From an uncultured virus (IMG/VR IMGVR_UViG_3300017786_003062) (taxonomy: Duplodnaviria > Heunggongvirae > Uroviricota > Caudoviricetes), in the IMG/VR virus record IMGVR_UViG_3300017786_003062: 64,000 nt of DNA; one strand, written 5' to 3'. The notes under the pieces were generated by a model. That model was given only the letters and a program-made list of their open reading frames with translations, was not told where the DNA came from and searched no databases. Made by a program: the position numbers and the translations under genes. Each line of letters starts with the position of its first letter. Position 1 is the stretch's first letter. Below, in pieces: positions 1 through 9,604 of this stretch.

Positions 1-146
1 CCTAACCCCGCTAGTGACTGCGATGTGATACTGCGTATTTCTACTACAGCACCTGGGTACCACCCCTGGCTAGTCAAGTTCGACCCTTCTGGTAAAGGCC
101 TCTTCCTTGCACTATAAACAAAAGCTAATTACTCTTTTGTTGCTAT
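1..146 (-). ncRNA. Candidate structured non-coding RNA, 3' part truncated by window edge
   Basis: No ORF in the track. Minus-strand helices: AACAAAAG/CUUUUGUU (117-141), GGCCUUU/AAGGGUC (82-100), GGGU/ACCC (55-65), GGUGCUG..GUA-GAAA-UAC..CAGUAUC with GNRA loop (27-53), closing helix UGACU/AGUCA (72-76 with 15-19). G-U pairs form only on the minus strand. Own promoter upstream. Confidence 0.6.
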
Positions 147-152
147 ATTAAT

Positions 153-181
153 AATATAACATTGTTATTAACAAAGAGCAA
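153..181 (-). promoter_or_regulatory. Sigma70-type promoter (TTGCTC-N17-TATATT with extended -10 TGn)
   Basis: -35 at 176-181, -10 at 153-158, 17-nt spacer. Lies downstream of the capsid terminator and points into the structured element. Confidence 0.55.
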
Positions 182-223
182 TCACTTTGTTTACCAAAAT
201 ATATAAAATGGAATTTTAGTCAT

Positions 224-255
224 AAAAAAAGGGCGAACAATTAAGTCCGCCCTTT
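224..255 (-). terminator. Rho-independent terminator after major capsid gene
   Basis: Minus strand GGGCGGAC-TTAATT-GTTCGCCC followed by T7. Confidence 0.85.
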
Positions 256-281
256 CTAGTACTTCTATTTAAGACTATGTC

Positions 282-1448
282 TTAAGAGAATGTTACACCT
301 GCGATAGTAACTGTACCTAAGTAGTCCGCCGCGTTACCTAGAGACGATGCTGTGTTTGATAACTCAACATATCCGTATCTAGTCATGAAGCTTACTACTG
401 GCTCAAAGCTATCAGGGTCTAACACTACGCCACTGCTCATTAATGGAATGTATGGGCAGTAAAACGCTGGTGCGTCTGACTCTGAAGATCCTTTGTAACC
501 AACTAGTACTGCTGTGTTATCAGCCGCATATGAATCAACATATACTTTCATAGCACTATTCAAAGTACCAACCATTTTAGTGTTAGTTGGAGCTTCGAAA
601 GAACCTTCAGTTGTTCTTGCGAACGCTGAAGTTGTTGCTGACTGAAGTACAGTTAATGCATGTGGCGATACCACTGCGTAGTTACCAGCACCACGTCTAG
701 TACGCTGAGCGATAGTGTTTGCAACACGGTTGATCATTACAGCTAATGCCGCATGTTCGTCACCTACGAATGTTGCAGTACCACTTACAGCAGTCTGGTC
801 GTATGCTTGTTGGTTTGTAGATCCTGCTAAAGCACGTAAAGAAGCTAATACTTCTTGATCAATCTCAGCAGTAATTTCTTGGGCTAATGCCGCCATAATT
901 TCTGCTTCAATATCGATACCTTGCTGTGCTTGAGCATCTTGAGCCGCTTCAAAAGTCCATCTAGCTGATAGCTTTCTGGTTTTTGCTTCGACAGTTTGCT
1001 TTAAGATCTGGATTGATAATCTCTTACCAGCCGCACCTTCAAGAGCCGCTGTTGCAGATCCTTTTGGTGTTGCATCTGTAGCGTTACCTGAGTAAGCTGA
1101 TGCGATCTTAAATGGTGAAAGTGCTTCTTCACCTACTTCGTTACCATCAGATGAATCTGAGTAACGTACTCTTAATGTGTGGATTTGACCCACTGGACCT
1201 GTCATAGGCTGTACACCGACTAATTCGTTGGCGATTACAGTTGGCATGACACGTCTGATTACTGGTAGGATAACTCTATTTAGAGTTGCAACATTACCGG
1301 CGCTTGTAGAACCAGCTGTAGCAGTCTCATTCAACCACTTGCGTGTGTTTTCAAGAGTGCTTGCCATTGTTGCTTTCTTATTGCCTTGAAGGCCTTCTAA
1401 AAGTGCAACTTTGGTATCCTGCCAGCGACTTTCTAGTAGTTCTGACAT
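282..1448 (-). CDS. gp23: T4-like major capsid protein
   Basis: Motifs VGVQPMTGPVGQIHTLR, VEAKTRKLSARWTFEAAQD, EITAEIDQE, FYCPYIPL, MTRYG. Confidence 0.97.
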   Translation of the reverse strand: MSELLESRWQDTKVALLEGLQGNKKATMASTLENTRKWLNETATAGSTSAGNVATLNRVILPVIRRVMPTVIANELVGVQPMTGPVGQIHTLRVRYSDSSDGNEVGEEALSPFKIASAYSGNATDATPKGSATAALEGAAGKRLSIQILKQTVEAKTRKLSARWTFEAAQDAQAQQGIDIEAEIMAALAQEITAEIDQEVLASLRALAGSTNQQAYDQTAVSGTATFVGDEHAALAVMINRVANTIAQRTRRGAGNYAVVSPHALTVLQSATTSAFARTTEGSFEAPTNTKMVGTLNSAMKVYVDSYAADNTAVLVGYKGSSESDAPAFYCPYIPLMSSGVVLDPDSFEPVVSFMTRYGYVELSNTASSLGNAADYLGTVTIAGVTFS

Positions 1449-1458
1449 TATTTTCTCC

Positions 1459-2562
1459 TTATTTCAATCCTGCAAGTCGTCTAATGTCAACAATATTATT
1501 TGTTGATTCGACGCTTACACTACTAACGTTAGTTTTTCTATTGCCTGTGATTTCTTTTGCCTCTGACTCTGTCAATTTCGCCTTCTTCTTTTCCGGAGTC
1601 TTCCCGTCAATAACGGCAGTAATGTACTTGTCAAACGCACCTTTCAGTTTGTCCGTTTGTACACTTTCCAGTAAGTCATTCATAATCTCACGTTGATCCT
1701 TGCTCAAAGGACCAGTTAATTCGTGCATTACTTCTTTTCTCTTAGTCGCTTCAACTAATTTAGCAATCTCTGCTTCTTTAGATTCAATAATCTTCGACTT
1801 CTCAGCAACATCTGCTTTAGCTTCTTCAACTGTTTTGTCTTTCAACTCAACAACTTTCATTAGCTTAGATGTTTCTGATTTTTCATTTAAGTATGAGTTA
1901 GTATACTCACCCGCAAATGTTTCGAAAATCTTGCGACCAAAATCGTTTTTACGTGCTGAATCAATATCTTCTTTCAGTGCAGTAATTTCCTTTTTAAGGC
2001 CTTTACTTACTGTTTCAGTTACTAGTTCTGCACTTCTCTTAACAAAGTTAGCTTTAACTTTTGCTAAGTGATCTTTAGCTTCACGTACTAAACGTACTTT
2101 CGTTTCTGCTAAGTCTTTCTTATCTTGATGGAACTCTGCAATTTCTTTTGACAAAGCTTCTACTACAAATTCTTCAAGAGCACCAAATTTCTCTGATACA
2201 ACTTTCTGATCTTCATGTAGTTCTCCAACTTCCTTCTTAAGCTGATCAAATACAAAGCCTTTTAGCATACCTGCGTTTTCACGCATTGCAACAGCGTATT
2301 TTGCTCTTGCTTCTGCTAATGCTTTTCTATCTTCAGCAAATTCGGAAATTTCTTCACTTAGTTTATCGTTGACTAATGCATCAACTGCTTCTACCATTTG
2401 AGCCTTATCATGCTCATACTTTGAAGCAAACTCTTCGCGAAGTTCAGCTGTGACAGCAAGTTTATTTTCATTAACTTGTTTGTCCCACGCTTCTTGGATG
2501 TCAGCTTTAATCTCTTCAGAAAGAACATTGTTTTCAAAAAGTGATTTTAGTGCTTCCAACAT
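1459..2562 (-). CDS. gp22: Prohead core scaffold protein
   Basis: Coiled-coil E/K/A-rich 367 aa between protease and capsid genes, as in the T4 order 21-22-23. Confidence 0.85.
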   Translation of the reverse strand: MLEALKSLFENNVLSEEIKADIQEAWDKQVNENKLAVTAELREEFASKYEHDKAQMVEAVDALVNDKLSEEISEFAEDRKALAEARAKYAVAMRENAGMLKGFVFDQLKKEVGELHEDQKVVSEKFGALEEFVVEALSKEIAEFHQDKKDLAETKVRLVREAKDHLAKVKANFVKRSAELVTETVSKGLKKEITALKEDIDSARKNDFGRKIFETFAGEYTNSYLNEKSETSKLMKVVELKDKTVEEAKADVAEKSKIIESKEAEIAKLVEATKRKEVMHELTGPLSKDQREIMNDLLESVQTDKLKGAFDKYITAVIDGKTPEKKKAKLTESEAKEITGNRKTNVSSVSVESTNNIVDIRRLAGLK

Positions 2563-2574
2563 TATGGTCTCCTA

Positions 2575-3207
2575 TTACCTTAGACCCTTGATGATATTCA
2601 CCAAAGATTCTTTTAAATATTTTTGTGCCTTCGCGTCGCCTTGGACTTCTCTTGCTAATTCTAATGCCTTGTACCCCCCACGGGCGTTTATTAAATGCTC
2701 ATATATTGGGGTTGGGTATGCACCCGGAGCACTTGGCTGTGCTACAACATCAACTGTAATAATCTCGTAGTCACTTACTTCGCCGGCACCGTCTTCACTT
2801 ACGTTGCCTGACCCACGCGATGAAACACCTAGTTTAACTCCGCTTTCCAGCATTGTTTGAACTAGTTGTCCCATTGGCGTCGGTAATACTTTTAACTTGC
2901 CATAACCGTTTGGTCCATCCATCCACATATCTGTGATCATATGGCTTACACGGTCTAAGTTAATGTTAAGTCCTTCTGGGTGATCAACTTCTCCAAGAAC
3001 ACTATATCCTCCTGTGATTTGATCGTTGAGAGTTTTGACAGCTCTACCTATCTCAGTAACAGGGTAAACTCGCTGGTTTGCGTTTTTTACACCGCCCTGG
3101 ATACAAATACCTTTAAGATAAAGATCTTTGCCTCCATTCTTGTTTTCAGTAGTCTCGACAACCATACCTGCTTGGTCGAATGTCAATGTCTCAGTTAAAT
3201 TAAACAC
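2575..3207 (-). CDS. gp21: Prohead maturation protease (GTG start)
   Basis: KNANQRVYP, LGEVDHP, LGVSSRGSG, DVVAQPSAPGAY motifs of T4 gp21-type proteases. Confidence 0.95.
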   Translation of the reverse strand: MFNLTETLTFDQAGMVVETTENKNGGKDLYLKGICIQGGVKNANQRVYPVTEIGRAVKTLNDQITGGYSVLGEVDHPEGLNINLDRVSHMITDMWMDGPNGYGKLKVLPTPMGQLVQTMLESGVKLGVSSRGSGNVSEDGAGEVSDYEIITVDVVAQPSAPGAYPTPIYEHLINARGGYKALELAREVQGDAKAQKYLKESLVNIIKGLR

Positions 3208-3225
3208 CTATAAGTTCCTTAACTA

Positions 3226-4200
3226 TTAAGATCCGATAGTACTTTTACTATCAGTTCCACTTTCGCCTGCGCCTTTTTTCTCAGCGCCGTGGCCTTTTGA
3301 GTTAGCACTCATTGACTTTGAAGCTTTTCCGCCTGGTACGTTAACGTTCCCTGCGTTATCTTCTTTAGCCGAGTCAGCTTTCCCACCTTTTTCATCGCCA
3401 CCTTGTGCAATGTTTCCAGCAGTTCCACCCATGTCGTTAGCGCCAGCTACTGGAGACTTAGTGTTATCACCGTTGTCGCCCATATTAGCTGTTACTTTTT
3501 CAACATACTCACGCATTTCAGTGTTGGCATCTTTTTTGCCTTCAAATGCTGGTGCTACTTCAAGATCGGCTTCAGGAGCAATAGCTTCTTCTGCCTCATC
3601 GTCATCACCTTCGTCGTCTCCAGCGTCCATATCCATTTCTGGTTCTGCATCGCCTTCGTCTTCGTCACCGTCTTTATCAGCCATCATAGCGTCAAATTCA
3701 GCTTTTAGGTCATCGAATGTATCTTCCAAATCAGTGACTCTGTCTTCAATGTCTTCGTCATCTTCTTTGTCACCTTCTTCGCTGTCTGCGGCAATATCTG
3801 CCATCATGTCATCAGCGGCATCGCCACCCATGTCATCTTCAGCTTCTGGTGTAATTTCGTCTACAAAGTTTTCGTCAACTTCTTCGTCTGAAGCTTCGTC
3901 TACTTCTTCATCAGTTGCTTCGTCTACTTCTTCGTCAGTAGCTTCGTCAACTTCTTCGTCAGTTGCTTCGTTAGTTTCTTCGTCGTTGCTTGACTCATCA
4001 ACTTCTTCGTCAGTAGTTTCATCTACTTCTTCATCAGTTGCTTCGTCTACTTCAACTTCTTCTACGTCATCTTTTAATAAGTTTTCATAGATATCGCGTG
4101 ATTTCTCAACTACGATTTCGTGGAACAATTCTTCTGCTCCCGCTTTGTCTTCAGCAATTAGCTTTTCAAGCATTGCTTCAAATTTATTTTGATTAGCCAT
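3226..4200 (-). CDS. Highly acidic prohead core protein (gp67/gp68-like position)
   Basis: D/E-rich with DEATDEEV repeats; located between portal and protease; SD GGAGGAG and TAAATA late promoter upstream. Confidence 0.7.
   Translation of the reverse strand: MANQNKFEAMLEKLIAEDKAGAEELFHEIVVEKSRDIYENLLKDDVEEVEVDEATDEEVDETTDEEVDESSNDEETNEATDEEVDEATDEEVDEATDEEVDEASDEEVDENFVDEITPEAEDDMGGDAADDMMADIAADSEEGDKEDDEDIEDRVTDLEDTFDDLKAEFDAMMADKDGDEDEGDAEPEMDMDAGDDEGDDDEAEEAIAPEADLEVAPAFEGKKDANTEMREYVEKVTANMGDNGDNTKSPVAGANDMGGTAGNIAQGGDEKGGKADSAKEDNAGNVNVPGGKASKSMSANSKGHGAEKKGAGESGTDSKSTIGS
3871..4053 (-). repeat. Intragenic ~24-nt tandem repeat (about 7 units encoding DEATDEEV variants)
   Basis: Translation EVDEATDEEVDETTDEEVDESSNDEETNEATDEEVDEATDEEVDEATDEEVDEASDEEVDE. 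Confidence 0.9.
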
Positions 4201-4244
4201 TTTTTATCTCCTCCTGTTGTTTAGATACGATAAGCTGTCAGTTG

Positions 4245-4252
4245 TATTTATG
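4245..4252 (-). promoter_or_regulatory. T4-type late promoter (CATAAATA)
   Basis: TAAATA core 44 nt upstream of the core-protease-scaffold-capsid operon. Confidence 0.7.
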
Positions 4253-4302
4253 GAAAATGATTAAAAGGGTGGTTAAACCGGTCAAAACGAGCCGATTTTA
4301 CA

Positions 4303-4905
4303 TTAAGATTGTAAATTCACGAATTTTTCAGTGAATTCAGCTACTGTAATATGGGATAGGTTACCTAAGGGTCTTAAATTGTCTGGGCAGTAATCATCCT
4401 TATTCTCTACTACACGTATATATCTCTTTCCAACATTTTTTTGAATTACTATTCCTGTTTGCCTGCTCCAATTGCCATGATATGTTGCTACTTCTTCGCT
4501 TCTTTTGTAGTTTTTTGTATTTGCATACAAATTATTAATTTTGCCTTCTATTCCTTCGTAGTCAAAGCCTAGTATGTATATTTCGCTGTGTTGATGATCT
4601 GCACCATAAGATGCTAACCATAATGCTGTAGGTCCACTTGACCAACCTAAAGGATCAGCAAAGTAGTTAAAGCAATGAAATTTTTCGTATAGTTTGTTTG
4701 GATTAGTCCAAACTTTGTTTTCGTGTTGATACTTTGAATTGTTAATTTCAGTAACCATCTTAGTATCTACAGCAACAAGATAGTCAGGTCTTAATCCTGA
4801 TCTGTAAACAGCGTTACAGGCATATAATGTTCCGTGTGCTTTAAGTGGTTCTAAGGGTATAGGTTTTCTTGACGTGCCGTTACCAATAACAAATGCTATT
4901 GACAT
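4303..4905 (-). CDS. DUF115/Maf/MptE-like Rossmann protein (possible glycosyltransferase)
   Basis: AFVIGNGTSR, YACNAVYR, PDYLVAVD, GWSSGPTAL, IYILGFD motif series. Confidence 0.6.
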   Translation of the reverse strand: MSIAFVIGNGTSRKPIPLEPLKAHGTLYACNAVYRSGLRPDYLVAVDTKMVTEINNSKYQHENKVWTNPNKLYEKFHCFNYFADPLGWSSGPTALWLASYGADHQHSEIYILGFDYEGIEGKINNLYANTKNYKRSEEVATYHGNWSRQTGIVIQKNVGKRYIRVVENKDDYCPDNLRPLGNLSHITVAEFTEKFVNLQS

Positions 4906-4907
4906 TT

Positions 4908-5153
4908 TTAAACAGCCTGTTCTGCATTCGCGGCAAGTCCATACATTTGTCTTACGAAATGTAATTCCTTGTCCTGCTCCTCTTTGTGCAAATCAGATGC
5001 TTTACGCATTTTGTTTATCTGACGTAATGTTAAACGTGTCTTACGTGTGTCGTCTTTTTTCATAATTGAATCATCAGACTTGGGATCGTAAGCGTTGTTT
5101 TCAACTGGCTCCAAAGTTTCTTTATCAAAATAAAATAGTTCACGTAGTATCAT
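4908..5153 (-). CDS. Small head-module protein, function unknown
   Basis: 81 aa, in operon after portal; TAAATA 5 nt upstream of ATG. Confidence 0.75.
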   Translation of the reverse strand: MILRELFYFDKETLEPVENNAYDPKSDDSIMKKDDTRKTRLTLRQINKMRKASDLHKEEQDKELHFVRQMYGLAANAEQAV

Positions 5154-5161
5154 GTTAATAT

Positions 5162-6898
5162 TTATCCTTCAGCGCCTGGTACTGGGGCATCATCGCCTGT
5201 TACTGTTTCTGGTGGTGTGCCTGCTCCGCCATCTTCTGGTGCCGGTGCGTCTGGATCAACTGCTTCATCTTCCATTCCGCCAAGGTCTGCACTCATGCCT
5301 GCGGCACTAACACCTGCTCCACGCATTTCGCCTGCGGCGTCTGTTGGAACTGGAGTTAAGTTTTCGTCATTTTCTTCACGCCAGAACTTTTCGTTCTCTG
5401 CAACTTCTTCTGCACTTAGTCCTAAGAAACGTTTAAGTGCAAATCTATTTGACACATAAGGTATAGCCGCCATTTGAGTAAATGTTCCAACTCTTGCATT
5501 GTCAAGTTCTGATTGTCTGTAACTTGCAAAGTTTTGTGGTGGTTGCATCCTTAGGTCAAACATTGCTGTGTCAATGTTAATACCTTTTTCTAATAGGTAG
5601 CGTTTAAAGTCTTGATTAAATTGTTCTGTTAAAAGTCCTTGTAGTCTTTCGCAATAGGTGTTAAAGCGTAACTCTTGAATGTACGCAGTACCCACTCGCC
5701 CATCTTGGAATGCACTAGCACCATCGTCAGGCCCTGTAGGAAGATAAGAACTAGGAATACGCAAACCGCGTACCAACTTATTAGTAAAATATCTAAGATC
5801 ATCAATCTCTCCTAAGTTTGTACCACCTGGTAGTGTTTCAACTTTAGATCCACGTCCTTCTGCTGTTTGCGGAAAGAAGTAATCTTCGTTAATGCTTAAT
5901 GGGTTATAGCTAGAGTCAATAACATTATTTCCTCCACCTGTACTACTTGGAATACGTCTTTGGTGTATATCTGTTTTTACACGTTCAACAAATTGCATTG
6001 CCAAGTGTGATGGCATATTACCTACGTCAACGTAAAATACTCTACGTTCAGGTGCTCTTTGCACTCTGTAAATAATAATAGCATCTTCTAATAATTCTTT
6101 TTGTTTGTATACTTTAAATATACTTTCTAACAAACTGTTACCAAATGGGAAGTTGTTGTCTAAACCTTCTGATAAACTTAGGTGTACAATATGTTCTGCA
6201 TCAACTGCAAACTCTGATTCGCCTTTTGCAAAACGTCCACCTTGTAATGCTTGGTTAGGTGCACCTGTCATTCCACGTGAGCCACCAGTCATGTAACCTT
6301 CGCCACCGCCTGTAACATTACCGTTTGTTTGTAATGGAGTAGTTGCTACGTTTGAAACAAAGTTTAAGTTTACATTTTTAATAACATACTGTTCAGGTTT
6401 TTTACCTTCTGATTCGTTAACAATAATCTTTGTAACGTTTGCAGGATCAATGTAATGCCATTTTTTAGTTTCTGGATCTCTAATAAAAAATGCATCACCA
6501 TACTTGAATACATTACGTAAAATACGAAACATTTTTGTTTCAAAGTTTTGTACTTTACACCACTGTTGTAAGTATAGTTTAAGTGTTTGTACTTCTGTAT
6601 TAGTTGCATCAGATTTGAAATCCATAACAAACGGACTTCTGTTTGAAGTATTTTTTTGGGTTGTAAATTCTGCTAAAATGTCTAATGCGGCATTTACTTC
6701 ACTATCGTTGTCCATAGTGTTATATTGTCCGTATCTTTCAACACGATTTGGAGAACCTACATATACATCTGGCAAGTAACTTGAATAGTTTGCTTGGGCA
6801 GGACCCATACCTTGGTTAGTACTTCCGCCAAGTGGGCTATAACTGCCGTCTTGGGCAGAACCTGTTGGAACTGGCGTAAAATAACGTTTCCAACTCAT
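5162..6898 (-). CDS. gp20: Portal vertex protein
   Basis: LLEDAIIIYRVQRAPERRVFYVDVGNMP, EDYFFP..GRGSKVETLPGG, LRIPSSYL: diagnostic gp20 motifs. Confidence 0.97.
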   Translation of the reverse strand: MSWKRYFTPVPTGSAQDGSYSPLGGSTNQGMGPAQANYSSYLPDVYVGSPNRVERYGQYNTMDNDSEVNAALDILAEFTTQKNTSNRSPFVMDFKSDATNTEVQTLKLYLQQWCKVQNFETKMFRILRNVFKYGDAFFIRDPETKKWHYIDPANVTKIIVNESEGKKPEQYVIKNVNLNFVSNVATTPLQTNGNVTGGGEGYMTGGSRGMTGAPNQALQGGRFAKGESEFAVDAEHIVHLSLSEGLDNNFPFGNSLLESIFKVYKQKELLEDAIIIYRVQRAPERRVFYVDVGNMPSHLAMQFVERVKTDIHQRRIPSSTGGGNNVIDSSYNPLSINEDYFFPQTAEGRGSKVETLPGGTNLGEIDDLRYFTNKLVRGLRIPSSYLPTGPDDGASAFQDGRVGTAYIQELRFNTYCERLQGLLTEQFNQDFKRYLLEKGINIDTAMFDLRMQPPQNFASYRQSELDNARVGTFTQMAAIPYVSNRFALKRFLGLSAEEVAENEKFWREENDENLTPVPTDAAGEMRGAGVSAAGMSADLGGMEDEAVDPDAPAPEDGGAGTPPETVTGDDAPVPGAEG

Positions 6899-9531
6899 TA
6901 TGCCGCTCCTGATATTGCGTTTGTCATAGCTTTTCCACCTTTAGTTTGTTTTTTAAGTTCATCTAATATAAGTGTGTTAGTACTATTTAACTGATTCAGT
7001 AAGCTACTCGACTTATCTTGACTCTCATTATTGACATTTAATACTTTAGTAAACGATGCTTTGGTTTCAGCATCCATATTTTTGTATTCTTCGTTGTATT
7101 GTCCAATTTGTTTAATTAATTCTTTTAAGTTTTTGGTTACTTGTTTAAGGTTTGCACCATCCATAGTTTCAATATATGCCGCAATGCCTTGTAACCCATC
7201 TCCAATAGCTTTAATTCCAGCGGAATCAATATCAGCAAACGCCTCAAGGTCGTCAGCCATATCTTTCATTCCACCATCATTGCCAAACAATCCGCCAATG
7301 AATTTACTAAAGCTATCCATAATACCGTCACCGGTAAATGCCGCAATACCTGTTTGTAAACTAGTTAATGCAGGCCCCATATCCTTCATTGATTTAGAAT
7401 CAATACCTTCAAACGATTTAACGCCTGCGGCAATTTTTTCTAATACGCCTTCACTCATAAACGATGCAACAACACCGCCTTTAGCAAGACCCATAATATT
7501 ATCTGTAAGTGGTTTTAAGGCCCCACCAACGTCACCTAATTTTTTTGAATCAAGGTCTTCAAACTTTTTCAATCCAACTGCAACATTGTCAACAGATGTG
7601 GTGATCGAATCTATCAACGCCGCAATTCCAAATCCTGCTACACCTACTCCGGCAAATGCTACTCCAATTGCCAAAACGCCTGGCGTTGCTAATGCTAACG
7701 GAGCCGCCATAGCCGCAACAGCCGCTGTGAATCCAATTAATACAGCCGCGGCACCAATACCGCCCCACATTAATGCTTTACCCCACGATTCAAATTTTTC
7801 AATTATTGGACCTAATGATTCAAACAATCCTCCCATTAGTCCACTTGATTTCGAACCTGCATTTTTATTATGCTCCGGATGTCCTGGTGGCGGACCTGTG
7901 TCAGCACCAAATAATGTTTTGATAGGATTAATAAGATACTTGGTTACTAGTTCACCAATGCTTAACTTGCCCCAGTCCTTTTTAAAGTCTTCAACCATTG
8001 TACCAAGGTTGTCAAACAATGTTCCTAGTCTATCAACAAATCCCTGAATAGATGTTTGTGTTTCGTCTTTGTTAAACCATGCTGTAAGGTCTGACATTAC
8101 TTTTTGCAGTTTGTCAAATATACCTGAGTCAAGCAATTTAACTAAGATAGTACTACGTATCTTTTCAATCATACTATCAAAGTCAGTAAGTGTTTTATCT
8201 TTAGCCGCAATAGCATCTAATTGTTTTTGTTCTGCATCACTAAGTTTTCCACCAACTTCACCCATTTTTGCTAGTGCTAATACAGCATCATATGTAGTAT
8301 CACCTAGTGCTTGTGATTGTGCAATTACTGCCGCATTTTCCTTAACAAACCTTTTTGCTTCTTCTACTTGCAAGTTAGTCATCTCTGCAAAATCATCTGC
8401 TGATAAAGAACCATCTCTCAATCCTTGTGCCATTGTTGCAAACTCTGGATTAGTTCGTAGCAAACTCTTTCCAAAGTCACTTAATGGAGCACCGTTAGTT
8501 GCAATCAATTCTTTTATTGCGTCTTCCATTTCTGGACTTCCGCCTTTGATCAATGCTAAACTAGCATTCATTTGTTCTTGAACGCTAGAATCCATGTTCA
8601 TGAACAATGCTTGTAATCTCTTATCAGTACTTTGAGCTTTTAATTCTTCTGCGGCTTGCTTTCTAGACATACCTGTAATTTTAGCAAGTGCATCAAGTTG
8701 CATAATATAATTCTGTGTGCCTTTAGCAAGACTTCTATCAGAACGATCTTTCAATCTACCTTGAATTCTTTGTAAGTCAATATAGTCAGCTGTAAACTCA
8801 GTTACATCTTCCATTGTCATACCTAGTTTAGAAAAATCTGTTTGTGATTGCTGTACATATTTTGAAATTTTAGAAAATCTATCAGCACCTGTAGTTGCAC
8901 CGCCAAATGCTACTGCTAACATCTGTGAATTTTCTTGTATTGTACCTGCTAAGGTAGCCATGTTTAATCCTGCTTCAGCGGCACGTCTTTGCATTTCAAA
9001 CATACTAGAACCAAAGTCAATACCTGCTCCAGACAATGATCTGTACATGTCAATTTGGTTATCAAGTACATTTAGCATTGTTTGGCCAAACTGACCAATC
9101 ACTCCGCCTACAATAGGAAATTTTGATATTAGTCCTGTAACATGCTGTCCAAAGTCACTTATTCGATTACCGCCAGCAATTAGTTCTTTACCAAGACCAC
9201 CAAATGTTTGGATAGTATTACCTATTCCGCTGAATAGTCCTAATGAGTATCTATCAAATGCTTTTGCAGTATTTCTAACTCGTTCTGAAAGTTTCTTCTG
9301 TGCTTTGGTTGCGTCTTTCTTAGCTTCAGTACCTTCTGCTGTAGCCTTGTTATCTTCTTTAGATATAGCAACGCCTTTGGTTTTGACGTCATTTGCCATT
9401 TTTTCAGTGGCCGCACCACCGCCCTTGGAGCCTTTTTCCATTAGTGCAACTAGACGTTGGAGAGTAGCTTCACTAGCCGCATTGCTAGTAACTCCATCCA
9501 TTCCACCGCCTCTGTATGTGACATCAACCAT
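6898..9531 (-). CDS. Tape-measure-like / baseplate hub tail-length protein
   Basis: 877 aa, helical A/G/L-rich, with a long hydrophobic stretch (ALMWGGIGAAAVLIGFTAAVAAMAAPLALATPGVLAIGVAFAGVG); divergent from the gp26-like chaperone. Confidence 0.65.
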   Translation of the reverse strand: MVDVTYRGGGMDGVTSNAASEATLQRLVALMEKGSKGGGAATEKMANDVKTKGVAISKEDNKATAEGTEAKKDATKAQKKLSERVRNTAKAFDRYSLGLFSGIGNTIQTFGGLGKELIAGGNRISDFGQHVTGLISKFPIVGGVIGQFGQTMLNVLDNQIDMYRSLSGAGIDFGSSMFEMQRRAAEAGLNMATLAGTIQENSQMLAVAFGGATTGADRFSKISKYVQQSQTDFSKLGMTMEDVTEFTADYIDLQRIQGRLKDRSDRSLAKGTQNYIMQLDALAKITGMSRKQAAEELKAQSTDKRLQALFMNMDSSVQEQMNASLALIKGGSPEMEDAIKELIATNGAPLSDFGKSLLRTNPEFATMAQGLRDGSLSADDFAEMTNLQVEEAKRFVKENAAVIAQSQALGDTTYDAVLALAKMGEVGGKLSDAEQKQLDAIAAKDKTLTDFDSMIEKIRSTILVKLLDSGIFDKLQKVMSDLTAWFNKDETQTSIQGFVDRLGTLFDNLGTMVEDFKKDWGKLSIGELVTKYLINPIKTLFGADTGPPPGHPEHNKNAGSKSSGLMGGLFESLGPIIEKFESWGKALMWGGIGAAAVLIGFTAAVAAMAAPLALATPGVLAIGVAFAGVGVAGFGIAALIDSITTSVDNVAVGLKKFEDLDSKKLGDVGGALKPLTDNIMGLAKGGVVASFMSEGVLEKIAAGVKSFEGIDSKSMKDMGPALTSLQTGIAAFTGDGIMDSFSKFIGGLFGNDGGMKDMADDLEAFADIDSAGIKAIGDGLQGIAAYIETMDGANLKQVTKNLKELIKQIGQYNEEYKNMDAETKASFTKVLNVNNESQDKSSSLLNQLNSTNTLILDELKKQTKGGKAMTNAISGAA

Positions 9532-9558
9532 TTATTAAGTACCTATATAACTCAGATT

Positions 9559-9592
9559 CATAAATATACTATATGAACACTTATTATTTATC
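9559..9592. promoter_or_regulatory. Face-to-face pair of late promoters (CATAAATA +, GATAAATA -)
   Basis: TAAATA at 9561-9566 (+) and 9585-9590 (-) in the 73-nt divergent gap. Confidence 0.65.
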
Positions 9593-9604
9593 CGGAGAAA
9601 AACC

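Noticed and set aside
3871..4053. Periodic 24-nt repeat as a possible CRISPR array
   Set aside because: No unique spacers; it is an in-frame coding repeat with synonymous variation
3403..4090. Ser-rich plus-strand ORFs opposite the acidic core gene
   Set aside because: Antisense shadows of GAA/GAC-rich codons
7031..8581. Long plus-strand ORFs (338 and 170 aa) opposite the tape-measure-like gene
   Set aside because: Antisense shadows with no SD or recognisable motifs; the same applies to other nested ORFs such as 44088-44840
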